Origin: the human T2T-CHM13v2.0 reference genome, Homo sapiens
Strand: one strand, 5' to 3'
Assembly: GCF_009914755.1 (NCBI RefSeq)
Contig: NC_060948.1
Length of the DNA: 64,000 bases
In this document: piece after piece, positions 11,501 to 26,500 of the stretch
How positions within the stretch are numbered: the first letter of the stretch is position 1
Layout: every line of letters starts with the position of its first letter
Made by a program: the position numbers and the translations under genes
The notes under the pieces: model-generated
Told to the model about the DNA's origin: nothing
The model's database searches: none
The model's input: the letters and a program-made list of their open reading frames with translations, nothing else

Positions 11501-14500
11501 AATGTAATGAACTCGAATGTAATTGACTGGAATGGAATGTACATGAATGGAATGTAATCGAATGGAAAGTAATCCAATGGAATAGAATCTAATGCAATAA
11601 AATCGACTCAGATAGAGTAGAATGTAATGGAATGGAGTGCAGTGCAATGGAATGGAATGGAATGGAATGCAATGGAATGGAATGGAATGGAATGGAATGG
11701 AATGGTGTGGAATGGATAGTAATGGACTGGAGTGAAATGGACTGGAAAGGAATGGACTCAAATTGAATGGGCTCGAAAGGAATGGAGTCAAATGGAATGG
11801 TCTGGAATGGAATGAACACGAATGTAATGCAATCCAATAGAATGGAATCGAATGGCATGGAATATAAAGAAATGGAATCGAAGAGAATGGAAACAAATGG
11901 AATGGAATTGAGTGGAATGGAATTGAATGGAATGGGAACGAATGGAGTGAAATTGTATGCAGTAGAAGAGAATAGAATGGAATGCAAGCGAAAGGAAAGG
12001 AATGGATTGGAATGGAATGGAATTCATTGGAATGGAAGGGAATGTAGTGTAATGGACAGGCCTGGAATAAAGTGGAATGCTACGGTCTCGAATGGAATAA
12101 AAATGTATGGAATGGAATGCAATGAAACGGAATCGAATGTCATAGAATGTAATGGAATGCAAAAAAATGGAATCCAAAATCATTGACTGGAAAGGCTGGG
12201 TGTCGAAAGGAATTGACTCCAATGGAATGGAATCGAATGGAATGGAAGTGAATAGAATCGAACTAAATCGAATGGAATGGAATTGATAGGAACGGAATGG
12301 AAAGGAATGCAATGATTTGGCATGGAATGGAATCGAATGGCATCGAATGGAATGGAATGGAATGCAATGGAATGGAATGTATTAGAATGTAATGAACTTT
12401 AATGGAATGTACTCGAATGGATTCGACTGGAATGGAATGTTCTGGAAGTGAATGGACTCCAATGGAATGGATTCAAAAGGAATGGAATCGTACGGAATGG
12501 AATCTAATGGAATGGAATTAAATGGAAATGAATCAAATTGAATAGCACGGAATTGAATTGAATGGAATGGAATGCAATGGAATCTAATGAAACGGAAAGG
12601 AAAGGAATGGAATGGAATGGAATGGGCTGGAATGGAAAGGAATCGAAACGAATGGAATGGAATCGAACTGAAGAGACTGGAATGGAATGCACTGGAATGG
12701 AAGGGAGTGTAATGGAAGGTTCTCGAAAAAAATGGAATGGAATGGAATGGAATTGAATGGAACGGAATAGAGTCGAATGGAATTGAATGGAATGGAATGG
12801 ACTAGAGTGAAATGGAATCGAACCACAAGGAATGGACAGGAATAGAATGGTCTCGAATTGAATGGAATCGTATGGAATGGCATCAAACGGAATGGAATGG
12901 ACAGCCACGGAATGGAATGCACTCGAATGCAATGGAGTCGAAACTAATGGACTGGAATAGAATGGACTCGACTGGTACGGACTCCAATGGAATGGAATCG
13001 AATGGAAGGGAATCGAACGGAATGGACTCGAAGGGACAAGACTGCAATGGAAAGGTCTCGAATGGAATGGAAATTAATGGAATGGAATGGAATCGAATGA
13101 AATGGAGTCAAAAGGAATGGAATCGAATGGCAAGAAATCGAATGTAATGGAATCGCAAGGAATTGATGTGAACGGAACGGAATGGAATGGAATCCAAAGG
13201 AATGGAATAGAATGGAATGGAATCGAATGGAAAGGACTCGAATGGAAATCACTCGAATAGAATGCAATTTAATAAAATAGGATCAAATGTAATGGAATGG
13301 AATGGAAAGGAATCGAAACGAAAGGAATGGAGACAGATGGAATGGAATGGAACAGAGAGCAATGGTATAGAATGGAATGGAATCATCTGGAATGGAATTG
13401 AATGGAATGGAATAATATGAAATGGAATGGAATGGAATGGAATGGAATGCCCTTGAATTAAATGGACTGGAATGGAATGGACTCGAACAGAGTGGAATGG
13501 AAAGTGTTGAGATAGAATGGAATGGACTCCTTTGGAATGGTCTAGTATGCAATGCAATCGACTGGTAGGGAATCAAAAGGAATGTAATGGAATGGATTGG
13601 ACTGGAATGCAATGGACTCGAATAGATTGCAAACGGAATGCAAAGGAATGGAATGGAATAGTATGGAATGGAATGGAAAGGAATGGAGTGGAATAGACTA
13701 GAGTGGAATGGAATGGACTGGAAAGCAATGGACTGGAATGGAACTTTCTTGAATGGACTGGAATCAAACGGAATGGAATGCAATGCAATCAAATGGCATG
13801 GAATAAAATAGAATGAAAGAGAATCAAATGGAATTGAATCGAATGGAATCGAATGGATTGGAAAGGAATAGAATGGAATGGAATGGAATTGACTCAAATG
13901 GAATGGACTAGAATGGAATGGATTCGAATGGAAGGCAAAGGAATGGAATCTATTGGAATGGACTGTAATGGAATGGAATGGAAGGGATTGGAATGGACTC
14001 GAATGGAATGGACTGCAATAGAAAGGATTCGAATGGAATGAAAAAGAATTGAATGGAATAGAACAGAATGGAATCAAATCGAATGAAATGGAATGGAATA
14101 GAAAGGAATGGAATGAAATGGAATGGAAAGGATTCGAATGGAATGCAATCGAATGGAATGGAATCGAACGGAATGGAATAAAATGGAAGAAAACTGGCAA
14201 GAAATGGAATCGAAATGAATGGAGTGTTATGGAACGGACTCAAAAGGAATTGAATGTAATAGAATGGAGTGGAGTGGACTCGAATATAATGGACTGGAAT
14301 GGAATGAAATCACATGGAATGGGAACGAATGGAATGGAATGGAAAGGAATGGAATCGAATGGAAAGGAATCGAATGGAAGGGAATGAAATTGAATCAACA
14401 GGAATGGAAGGGAATAGAATAGACGGTAATGGAATGGACTCGAATAGAATGGACACGAATGCTCAAATTGAATGGACTCGAATGGAATGGAAACGAAAGG

Positions 14501-17500
14501 AATGTCATCGAATGGAATTGAATCGATTGGAATGAAATCGCATAGAATGGAGTGGAATCAAATGGAATTGAATCGAAAGGAAAGGAAGCGAATGGACTGA
14601 AATGAAATGGAATGGAATTGAATGGAAAGTAATGCAATGGAATAGAATGGAACGAAATTTCACAGAATGGAATCAAACTGAATGGAATCAAACCAATGGA
14701 ATCAAATCAAATGGAATGGAAAGGAATTGAATGGAGTAGATTGGATTGGATGGGATTGGAATGAAATGTACTGGAAAGGACTCGAATTTCATGAAACCGA
14801 ATGGAATGAATTGGAACGGAACGGACTCGAATGGAATGGAATGTCATGGAATGGCATCAAATGGAATGGCATCAAATGGAATGGAATCGAATGCAATGGA
14901 ATGCTATGGAATGGAATGGAATGCATTTTAATGGAATGTCCTCTAATGGAATGGATTCGAGTGGAATGGAATCGAATATAATGGAGTCGAATGAAATGGA
15001 ATTGAAAGGAATGGGTTCGAATACAATGGAATATACTGGAATGTAATGTAATGAACTCGAATGTAATTGACTGGAATGGAATGTACATGAATGGAATGTA
15101 ATCGAATGGAAAGTAATCCAATGGAATAGAATCTAATGCAATAAAATCGACTCAGATAGAGTAGAATGTAATGGAATGGAGTGCAGTGCAATGGAATGGA
15201 ATCGAATGGAATGCAATGGAATGGAATGGAATGGAATGGAATGGAATGGAATGGTGTGGAATGGATAGTAATGGACTGGAGTGAAATGGACTGGAAAGGA
15301 ATGGACTCAAATTGAATGGGCTCGAAAGGAATGGAGTCAAATGGAATGGTCTGGAATGGAATGAACACGAATGTAATGCAATCCAATAGAATGGAATCGA
15401 ATGGCATGGAATATAAAGAAATGGAATCGAAGAGAATGGAAACAAATGGAAAGGAATTGAGTGGAATGGAATTGAATGGAATGGGAACGAATGGAGTGAA
15501 ATTGTATGCAGTAGAAGAGAATAGAATGGAATGCAAGCGAAAGGAAAGGAATGGATTGGAATGGAATGGAATTCATTGGAATGGAAGGGAATGTAGTGTA
15601 ATGGACAGGCCTGGAATAAAGTGGAATGCTACGGTCTCGAATGGAATAAAAATGTATGGAATGGAATGCAATGAAACGGAATCGAATGTCATAGAATGTA
15701 ATGGAATGCAAAAAAATGGAATCCAAAATCATTGACTGGAAAGGCTGGGTGTCGAAAGGAATTGACTCCAATGGAATGGAATCGAATGGAATGGAAGTGA
15801 ATAGAATCGAACTAAATCGAATGGAATGGAATTGATAGGAACGGAATGGAAAGGAATGCAATGATTTGGCATGGAATGGAATCGAATGGCATCGAATGGA
15901 ATGGAATGGAATGCAATGGAATGGAATGTATTAGAATGTAATGAACTTTAATGGAATGTACTCGAATGGATTCGACTGGAATGGAATGTTCTGGAAGTGA
16001 ATGGACTCCAATGGAATGGATTCAAAAGGAATGGAATCGTACGGAATGGAATCTAATGGAATGGAATTAAATGGAAATGAATCAAATTGAATAGCACGGA
16101 ATTGAATTGAATGGAATGGAATGCAATGGAATCTAATGAAACGGAAAGGAAAGGAATGGAATGGAATGGAATGGGCTGGAATGGAAAGGAATCGAAACGA
16201 ATGGAATGGAATCGAACTGAAGAGACTGGAATGGAATGCACTGGAATGGAAGGGAGTGTAATGGAAGGTTCTCGAAAAAAATGGAATGGAATGGAATGGA
16301 ATTGAATGGAACGGAATAGAGTCGAATGGAATTGAATGGAATGGAATGGACTAGAGTGAAATGGAATCGAACAACAAGGAATGGACAGGAATAGAATGGT
16401 CTCGAATTGAATGGAATCGTATGGAATGGCATCAAACGGAATGGAATGGACAGCCACGGAATGGAATGCACTCGAATGCAATGGAGTCGAAACTAATGGA
16501 CTGGAATAGAATGGACTCGACTGGTACGGACTCCAATGGAATGGAATCGAATGGAAGGGAATCGAACGGAATGGACTCGAAGGGACAAGACTGCAATGGA
16601 AAGGTCTCGAATGGAATGGAAATTAATGGAATGGAATGGAATCGAATGAAATGGAGTCAAAAGGAATGGAATCGAATGGCAAGAAATCGAATGTAATGGA
16701 ATCGCAAGGAATTGATGTGAACGGAACGGAATGGAATGGAATCCAAAGGAATGGAATAGAATGGAATGGAATCGAATGGAAAGGACTCGAATGGAAATCA
16801 CTCGAATAGAATGCAATTTAATAAAATAGGATCAAATGTAATGGAATGGAATGGAAAGGAATCGAAACGAAAGGAATGGAGACAGATGGAATGGAATGGA
16901 ACAGAGAGCAATGGTATAGAATGGAATGGAATCATCTGGAATGGAATTGAATGGAATGGAATAATATGAAATGGAATGGAATGGAATGGAATGGAATGCC
17001 CTTGAATTAAATGGACTGGAATGGAATGGACTCGAACAGAGTGGAATGGAAAGTGTTGAGATAGAATGGAATGGACTCCTTTGGAATGGTCTAGTATGCA
17101 ATGCAATCGACTGGCAGGGAATCAAAAGGAATGTAATGGAATGGATTGGACTGGAATGCAATGGACTCGAATAGATTGGAAACGGAATGCAAAGGAATGG
17201 AATGGAATAGTATGGAATGGAATGGAAAGGAATGGAGTGGAATAGACTAGAGTGGAATGGAATGGACTGGAAAGCAATGGACTGGAATGGAATTTTCTTG
17301 AATGGACTGGAATCAAACGGAATGGAATGCAATGCAATCAAATGGCATGGAATAAAATAGAATGAAAGAGAATCAAATGGAATTGAATCGAATGGAATCG
17401 AATGGATTGGAAAGGAATAGAATGGAATGGAATGGAATTGACTCAAATGGAATGGACTAGAATGGAATGGATTCGAATGGGAGGCAAAGGAATGGAATCT

Positions 17501-20500
17501 ATTGGAATGGACTGGAATGGAATGGAAGGGATTGGAATGGACTCGAATGGAATGGACTGCAATAGAAAGGATTCGAATGGAATGAAAAAGAATTGAATGG
17601 AATAGAACAGAATGGAATCAAATCGAATGAAATGGAATGGAATAGAAAGGAATGGAATGAAATGGAATGGAAAGGATTCGAATGGAATGCAATCGAATGG
17701 AATGGAATCGAACGGAATGGAATAAAATGGAAGAAAACTGGCAAGAAATGGAATCGAAATGAATGGAGTGTTATGGAACGGACTCAAAAGGAATTGAATG
17801 TAATAGAATGGAGTGGAGTGGACTCGAATATAATGGACTGGAATGGAATGAAATCACATGGAATGGGAACGAATGGAATGGAATGGAAAGGAATGGAATC
17901 GAATGGAAAGGAATCGAATGGAAGGGAATGAAATTGAATCAACAGGAATGGAAGGGAATAGAATAGACGGTAATGGAATGGACTCGAATTGAATGGACAC
18001 GAATGCTCAAATTGAATGGACAAGAATGGAATGGAAACGAAAGGAATGTCATCGAATGGAATTGAATCGATTGGAATGAAATCGCATAGAATGGAGTGGA
18101 ATCAAATGGAATTGAATCGAAAGGAAAGGAAGCGAATGGACTGAAATGAAATGGAATGGAATTGAATGGAAAGTAATGCAATGGAATAGAATGGAACGAA
18201 ATTTCACGGAATGGAATCAAACTGAATGGAATCAAATCAATGGAATCTAATCAAATGGAATGGAAAGGAATTGAATGGAGTAGATTGGATTGGATGGGAT
18301 TGGAATGAAATGTACTGGAAAGGACTCGAATTTCATCAAACGGAATGGAATGAATTGGAACGGAATGGACTCGAATGGAATGGAATGTCATGGAATGGCA
18401 TCAAATGGAATGGCATCAAATGGAATGGAATCGAATGCAATGGAATGCTATGGAATGGAATGGAATGCATTGGAATGGAATGTCCTCTAATGGAATGGAT
18501 TCGAGTGGAATGGAATCGAATATAATGGAGTCGAATGAAATGGAATTGAAAAGAATGGGATCGAATACAATGGAATATACTGGAATGTAATGTAATGAAC
18601 TCGAATGTAATTGACTGGAATGGAATGTACATGAATGGAATGTAATCGAATGGAAAGTAATCCAATGGAATAGAAACTAATGCAATAAAATCGACTCAAA
18701 TAGAGTAGAATGTAATGGAATGGAGTGCAGTGCAATGGAATGGAATGGAATTGAATGCAATGGAATGGAATGGAATGTTATGGAATGGAATGGAATGGAT
18801 TGGAATGGGATGGAATGGTATGGAATGGATAGTAATGGACTGGAGTGAAATGGACTGGAAAGGAATGGACTCAAATTGAAAGGGCTCGAAAGGAATGGAG
18901 TCAAATGGAATAGTCTGGAATGGAATGAACACGAATGTAATGCAATCCAATAGAATGTAATCGAATGGCATGGAATAAAAAGAAATGGAATCGAAGAGAA
19001 TGGAAACAAATGGAATGGAATTGAATGGAATGGAATTGAATGGAATGGGAACGAATGGAGTGAAATTGTATGCAGTAGAAGAGAATAGAATGGAATGCAA
19101 GCGAAAGGAAAGGAATGGATTGGAATGGAATGGAATTCATTGGAATGGAAGGGAATGTAGTGTAATGGACAGGCCTGGAATAAAGTGGAATGCTACGGTC
19201 TCGAATGGAATAAAAATGTATGGAATGGAAAGCAATGAAACGGAATCGAATGTCATAGAATGTAATGGAATGCAAAAAAATGGAATCCAAAATCATTGAC
19301 TGGAAAGGCTGGGTGTCAAAGGAATTGACTCCAATGGAATGGAATCGAATGGAATGGAAGTGAATAGAATCGAACTAAATCGAATGGAATGGAATTGATA
19401 GGAACGGAATGGAAAGGAATGCAATGATTTGGCATGGAATGGAATCGAATGGCATCGAATGGAATGGAATGGAATGCAATGGAATTGAATGTATTAGAAT
19501 GTAATGAACTTTAATGGAATGTACTCGAATGGATTCGACTGGAATGGAATGTTCTGGAAGTGAATGGACTCCAATGGAATGGATTCAAAAGGAATGGAAT
19601 CGTACGGAATGGAATCTAATGGAATGGAATTAAATGGAAATGAATCAAATTGAATAGCACGGAATTGAATTGAATGGAATCGAATGCAATGGAATCTAAT
19701 GAAACGGAAAGGAAAGGAATGGAATGGAATGGAATGGGCTGGAATGGAAAGGAATCGAAACGAATGGAATGGAATCGAACTGAAGAGACTGGAATGGAAT
19801 GCACTGGAATGGAAGGGAGTGTAATGGAAGGTTCTCGAAAAAAATGGAATCGAATGGAATGGAATTGAATGGAACGGAATAGAGTCGAATGGAATTGAAT
19901 GGAATGGAATGGACTAGAGTGAAATGGAATCGAACCACAAGGAATGGACAGGAATAGAATGGTCTCGAATTGAATGGAATCGTATGGAATGGCATCAAAC
20001 GGAATGGAATGGACAGCCACGGAATAGAATGCACTCGAATGCAATGGAGTCGAAACTAATGGACTGGAATAGAATGGACTCGACTGGTACGGACTCCAAT
20101 GGAATGGAATCGAATGGAAGGGAATCGAACGGAATGGACTCGAAGGGAAAAGACTGCAATGGAAAGGTCTCGAATGGAATGGAAATTAATGGAATGGAAT
20201 GGAATCGAATGAAATGGAGTCAAAAGGAATGGAATCGAATGGCAAGAAATCGAATGTAATGGAATCGCAAGGAATTGATGTGAACGGAACGGAATGGAAT
20301 GGAATCCAAAGGAATGGAATAGAATGGAATGGAATCGAATGGAAAGGACTCGAATGGAAATCACTCGAATAGAATGCAATTTAATAAAATAGGATCAAAT
20401 GTAATGGAATGGAATGGAAAGGAATCGAAACGAAAGGAATGGAGACAGATGGAATGGAATGGAACAGAGAGCAATGGTATAGAATGGAATGGAATCATCT

Positions 20501-23500
20501 GGAATGGAATTGAATGGAATGGAATAATATGAAATGGAATGGAATGGAATGGAATGCCCTTGAATTAAATGGACTGGAATGGAATGGACTCGAACAGAGT
20601 GGAATGGAAAGTGTTGAGATAGAATGGAATGGACTCGTTTGGAATGGTCTAGTAGGCAATGCAATCGACTGGCAGGGAATCAAAAGGAATGTAATGGAAT
20701 GGATTGGACTGGAATGCAATGGACTCGAATAGATTGGAAACGGAATGCAAAGGAATGGAATGGAATAGTATGGAATGGAATGGAAAGGAATGCAGTGGAA
20801 TAGACTAGAGTGGAATGGAATGGACTGGAAAGCAATGGACTGGAATGGAACTTTATTGAATGGACTGGAATCAAACGGAATGGAATGCAATGCAATCAAA
20901 TGGCATGGAATAAAATAGAATGAAAGAGAATCAAATGGAATTGAATCGAATGGAATCGAATGGATTGGAAAGGAATAGAATGGAATGGAATGGAATTGAC
21001 TCAAATGGAATGGACTAGAATGGAATGGATTCGAATGGAAGGCAAAGGAATGGAATCTATTGGAATGGACTGTAATGGAATGGAATGGAAGGGATTGGAA
21101 TGGACTCGAATGGAATGGACTGCAATAGAAAGGATTCGAATGGAATGAAAAAGAATTGAATGGAATAGAACAGAATGGAATCAAATCGAATGAAATGGAA
21201 TGGAATAGAAAGGAATGGAATGAAATGGAATGGAAAGGATTCGAATGGAATGCAATCGAATGGAATGGAATCGAACGGAATGGAATAAAATGGAAGAAAA
21301 CTGGCAAGAAATGGAATCGAAATGAATGGAGTGTTATGGAACGGACTCAAAAGGAATTGAATGTAATAGAATGGAGTGGAGTGGACTCGAATATAATGGA
21401 CTGGAATGGAATGAAATCACATGGAATGGGAACGAATGGAATGGAATGGAAAGGAATGGAATCGAATGGAAAGGAATCGAATGGAAGGGAATGAAATTGA
21501 ATCAACAGGAATGGAAGGGAATAGAATAGACGGTAATGGAATGGACTCGAATAGAATGGACACGAATGCTCAAATTGAATGGACTCGAATGGAATGGAAA
21601 CGAAAGGAATGTCATCGAATGGAATTGAATCGATTGGAATGAAATCGCATAGAATGGAGTGGAATCAAATGGAATTGAATCGAAAGGAAAGGAAGCGAAT
21701 GGACTGAAATGAAATGGAATGGAATTGAATGGAAAGTAATGCAATGGAATAGAATGGAACGAAATTTCACGGAATGGAATCAAACTGAATGGAATCAAAC
21801 CAATGGAATGTAATCAAATGGAATGGAAAGGAATTGAATGGAGTAGATTGGATTGGATGGGATTGGAATGAAATGTACTGGAAAGGACTCGAATGTCATG
21901 AAACGGAATGGAATGAATTGGAACGGAACGGACTCGAATGGAATGGAATGTCATGGAATGGCATCAAATGGAATGGCATCAAATGGAATGGAATCGAATG
22001 CAATGGAATGCTATGGAATGGAATGGAATGCATTTTAATGGAATGTCCTCTAATGGAATGGATTCGAGTGGAATGGAATCGAATATAATGGAGTCGAATG
22101 AAATGGAATTGAAAGGAATGGGATCGAATACAATGGAATATACTGGAATGTAATGTAATGAACTCGAATGTAATTGACTGGAATGGAATGTACATGAATG
22201 GAATGTAATCGAATGGAAAGTAATCCAATGGAATAGAATCTAATGCAATAAAATCGACTCAGATAGAGTAGAATGTAATGGAATGGAGTGCAGTGCAATG
22301 GAATGGAATGGAATGGAATGCAATGGAATGGAATGGAATGGAATGGAATGGAATGGAATGGTGTGGAATGGATAGTAATGGACTGGAGTGAAATGGACTG
22401 GAAAGGAATGGACTCAAATTGAATGGGCTCGAAAGGAATGGAGTCAAATGGAATGGTCTGGAATGGAATGAACACGAATGTAATGCAATCCAATAGAATG
22501 GAATCGAATGGCATGGAATATAAAGAAATGGAATCGAAGAGAATGGAAACAAATGGAATGGAATTGAGTGGAATGGAATTGAATGGAATGGGAACGAATG
22601 GAGTGAAATTGTATGCAGTAGAAGAGAATAGAATGGAATGCAAGCGAAAGGAAAGGAATGGATTGGAATGGAATGGAATTCATTGGAATGGAAGGGTATG
22701 TAGTGTAATGGACAGGCCTGGAATAAAGTGGAATGCTACGGTCTCGAATGGAATAAAAATGTATGGAATGGAAAGCAATGAAACGGAATCGAATGTCATA
22801 GAATGTAATGGAATGCAAAAAAATGGAATCCAAAATCATTGACTGGAAAGGCTGGGTGTCAAAAGGAATTGACTCCAATGGAATGGAATCGAATGGAATG
22901 GAAGTGAATAGAATCGAACTAAATCGAATGGAATGGAATTGATAGGAACGGAATGGAAAGGAATGCAATGATTTGGCATGGAATGGAATCGAATGGCATC
23001 GAATGGAATGGAATGGAATGCAATGGAATGGAATGTATTAGAATGTAATGAACTTTAATGGAATGTACTCGAATGGATTCGACTGGAATGGAATGTTCTG
23101 GAAGTGAATGGACTCCAATGGAATGGATTCAAAAGGAATGGAATCGTACGGAATGGAATCTAATGGAATGGAATTAAATGGAAATGAATCAAATTGAATA
23201 GCACGGAATTGAATTGAATGGAATGGAATGCAATGGAAACTAATGAAACGGAAAGGAAATGAATGGAATGGAATGGAATGGGCTGGAATGGAAAGGAATC
23301 GAAACGAATGGAATGGAATCGAACTGAAGAGACTGGAATGGAATGCACTGGAATGGAAGGGAGTGTAATGGAAGGTTCTCGAAAAAAATGGAATGGAATG
23401 GAATGGAATTGAATGGAACGGAATAGAGTCGAATGGAATTGAATGGAATGGAATGGACTAGAGTGAAATGGAATCGAACCACAAGGAATGGACAGGAATA

Positions 23501-26500
23501 GAATGGTCTCGAATTGAATGGAATCGTATGGAATGGCATCAAACGGAATGGAATGGACAGCCACGGAATAGAATGCACTCGAATGCAATGGAGTCGAAAC
23601 TAATGGACTGGAATAGAATGGACTCGACTGGTACGGACTCCAATGGAATGGAATCGAATGGAAGGGAATCGAACGGAATGGACTCGAAGGGAAAAGACTG
23701 CAATGGAAAGGTCTCGAATGGAATGGAAATTAATGGAATGGAATGGAATCGAATGAAATGGAGTCCAAAGGAATGGAATCGAATGGCAAGAAATCGAATG
23801 TAATGGAATCGCAAGGAATTGATGTGAACGGAACGGAATGGAATGGAATCCAAAGGAATGGAATAGAATGGAATGGAATCGAATGGAAAGGACTCGAATG
23901 GAAATCACTCGAATAGAATGCAATTTAATAAAATAGGATCAAATGTAATGGAATGGAATGGAAAGGAATCGAAACGAAAGGAATGGAGACAGATGGAATG
24001 GAATGGAACAGAGAGCAATGGTATAGAATGGAATGGAATCATCTGGAATGGAATTGAATGGAATGGAATAATATGAAATGGAATGGAATGGAATGGAATG
24101 GAATGCCCTTGAATTAAATGGACTGGAATGGAATGGACTCGAACAGAGTGGAATGGAAAGTGTTGAGATAGAATGGAATGGACTCCTTTGGAATGGTCGA
24201 GTATGCAATGCAATCGACTGGTAGGGAATCAAAAGGAATGTAATCGAATGGATTGGACTGGAATGCAATGGACTCGAATAGATTGGAAACGGAATGCAAA
24301 GGAATGGAATGGAATAGTATGGAATGGAATGGAAAGGAATGGAGTGGAATAGACTAGAGTGGAATGGAATGGACTGGAAAGCAATGGACTGGAATGGAAC
24401 TTTCTTGAATGGACTGGAATCAAACGGAATGGAATGCAATGCAATCAAATGGCATGGAATAAAATAGAATGAAAGAGAATCAAATGGAATTGAATCGAAT
24501 GGAATCGAATGGATTGGAAAGGAATAGAATGGAATGGAATGGAATGGACTAGAATGGAATGGATTCGAATGGAAGGCAAAGGAATGGAATCTATTGGAAT
24601 GGACTGTAATGGAATGGAATGGAAGGGATTGGAATGGACTCGAATGGAATGGACTGCAATAGAAAGGATTCGAATGGAATGAAAAAGAATTGAATGGAAT
24701 AGAACAGAATGGAATCAAATCGAATGAAATGGAATGGAATAGAAAGGAATGGAATGAAATGGAATGGAAAGGATTCGAATGGAATGCAATCGAATGGAAT
24801 GGAATCGAACGGAATGGAATAAAATGGAAGAAAACTGGCAAGAAATGGAATCGAAATGAATGGAGTGTTATGGAACGGACTCAAAAGGAATTGAATGTAA
24901 TAGAATGGAGTGGAGTGGACTCGAATATAATGGACTGGAATGGAATGAAATCACATGGAATGGGAACGAATGGAATGGAATGGAAAGGAATGGAATCGAA
25001 TGGAAAGGAATCGAATGGAAGGGAATGAAATTGAATCAACAGGAATGGAAGGGAATAGAATAGACGGTAATGGAATGGACTCGAATAGAATGGACACGAA
25101 TGCTCAAATTGAATGGACTCGAATGGAATGGAAACGAAAGGAATGTCATCGAATGGAATTGAATCGATTGGAATGAAATCGCATAGAATGGAGTGGAATC
25201 AAATGGAATTGAATCGAAAGGAAAGGAAGCGAATGGACTGAAATGAAATGGAATGGAATTGAATGGAAAGTAATGCAATGGAATAGAATGGAACGAAATT
25301 TCACGGAATGGAATCAAACTGAATGGAATCAAATCAATGGAATCTAATCAAATGGAATGGAAAGGAATTGAATGGAGTAGATTGGATTGGATGGGATTGG
25401 AATGAAATGTACTGGAAAGGACTCGAATTTCATGAAACGGAATGGAATGAATTGGAACGGAATGGACTCGAATGGAATGGAATGTCATGGAATGGCATCA
25501 AATGGAATGGCATCACATGGAATGGAATCGAATGCAATGGAATGCTATGGAATGGAATGGAATGCATTGGAATGGAATGTCCTCTAATGGAATGGATTCG
25601 AGTGGAATGGAATCGAATATAATGGAGTCGAATGAAATGGAATTGGAAGGAATGGGATCGAATACAATGGAATATACTGGAATGTAATGTAATGAACTCG
25701 AATGTAATTGACTGGAATGGAATGTACATGAATGGAATGTAATCGAATGGAAAGTAATCCAATGGAATAGAAACTAATGCAATAAAATCGACTCAAATAG
25801 AGTAGAATGTAATGGAATGGAGATCAGTGCAATGGAATGGAATGGAATGGAATGCAATGGAATGGAATGGAATGGAATGGAATGGGATGGAATGGTGTGG
25901 AATGGATAGTAATGGACTGGTGTGAAATGGACTGGAAAGGAATGGACTCAAATTGAAAGGGCTCGAAAGGAATGGAGTCAAATGGAATGGTCTGGAATGG
26001 AATGAACACGAATGTAATGCAATCCAATAGAATGGAATCGAATGGCATGGAATATAAAGAAATGGAATCGAAGAGAATGGAAACAAATGGAATGGAATTG
26101 AATGGAATGGAATTGAATGGAATGGGAAGAAATGGAGTGAAATTGTATGCAGTAGAAGAGAATAGAATGGAATGCAAGTGAAAGGAAAGGAATGGATTGG
26201 AATGGAATGGAATTCATTGGAATGGAAGGGAATGTAGTGTAATGGACAGGCCTGGAATAAAGTGGAATGCTAGGGTCTCGAATGGAATAAAAATGTATGG
26301 AATGGAATGCAATGAAATGGAATCGAATGTCATAGAATGTAATGGAATGCAAAAAAATGGAATCCAAAATCATTGACTGGAAAGGCTGGGTGTCGAAAGG
26401 AATTGACTCCAATGGAATGGAATCGAATGGAATGGAAGTGAATAGAATCGAACTAAATCGAATGGAATGGAATTGATAGGAACGGAATGGAAAGGAATGC

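Noticed and set aside
19311-19325. 1-bp deletion GTGTCAAAGG, versus GTGTCAAAAGG at ~22856
   Set aside because: A single occurrence in a short homopolymer; it cannot be distinguished from a sequencing or consensus error.
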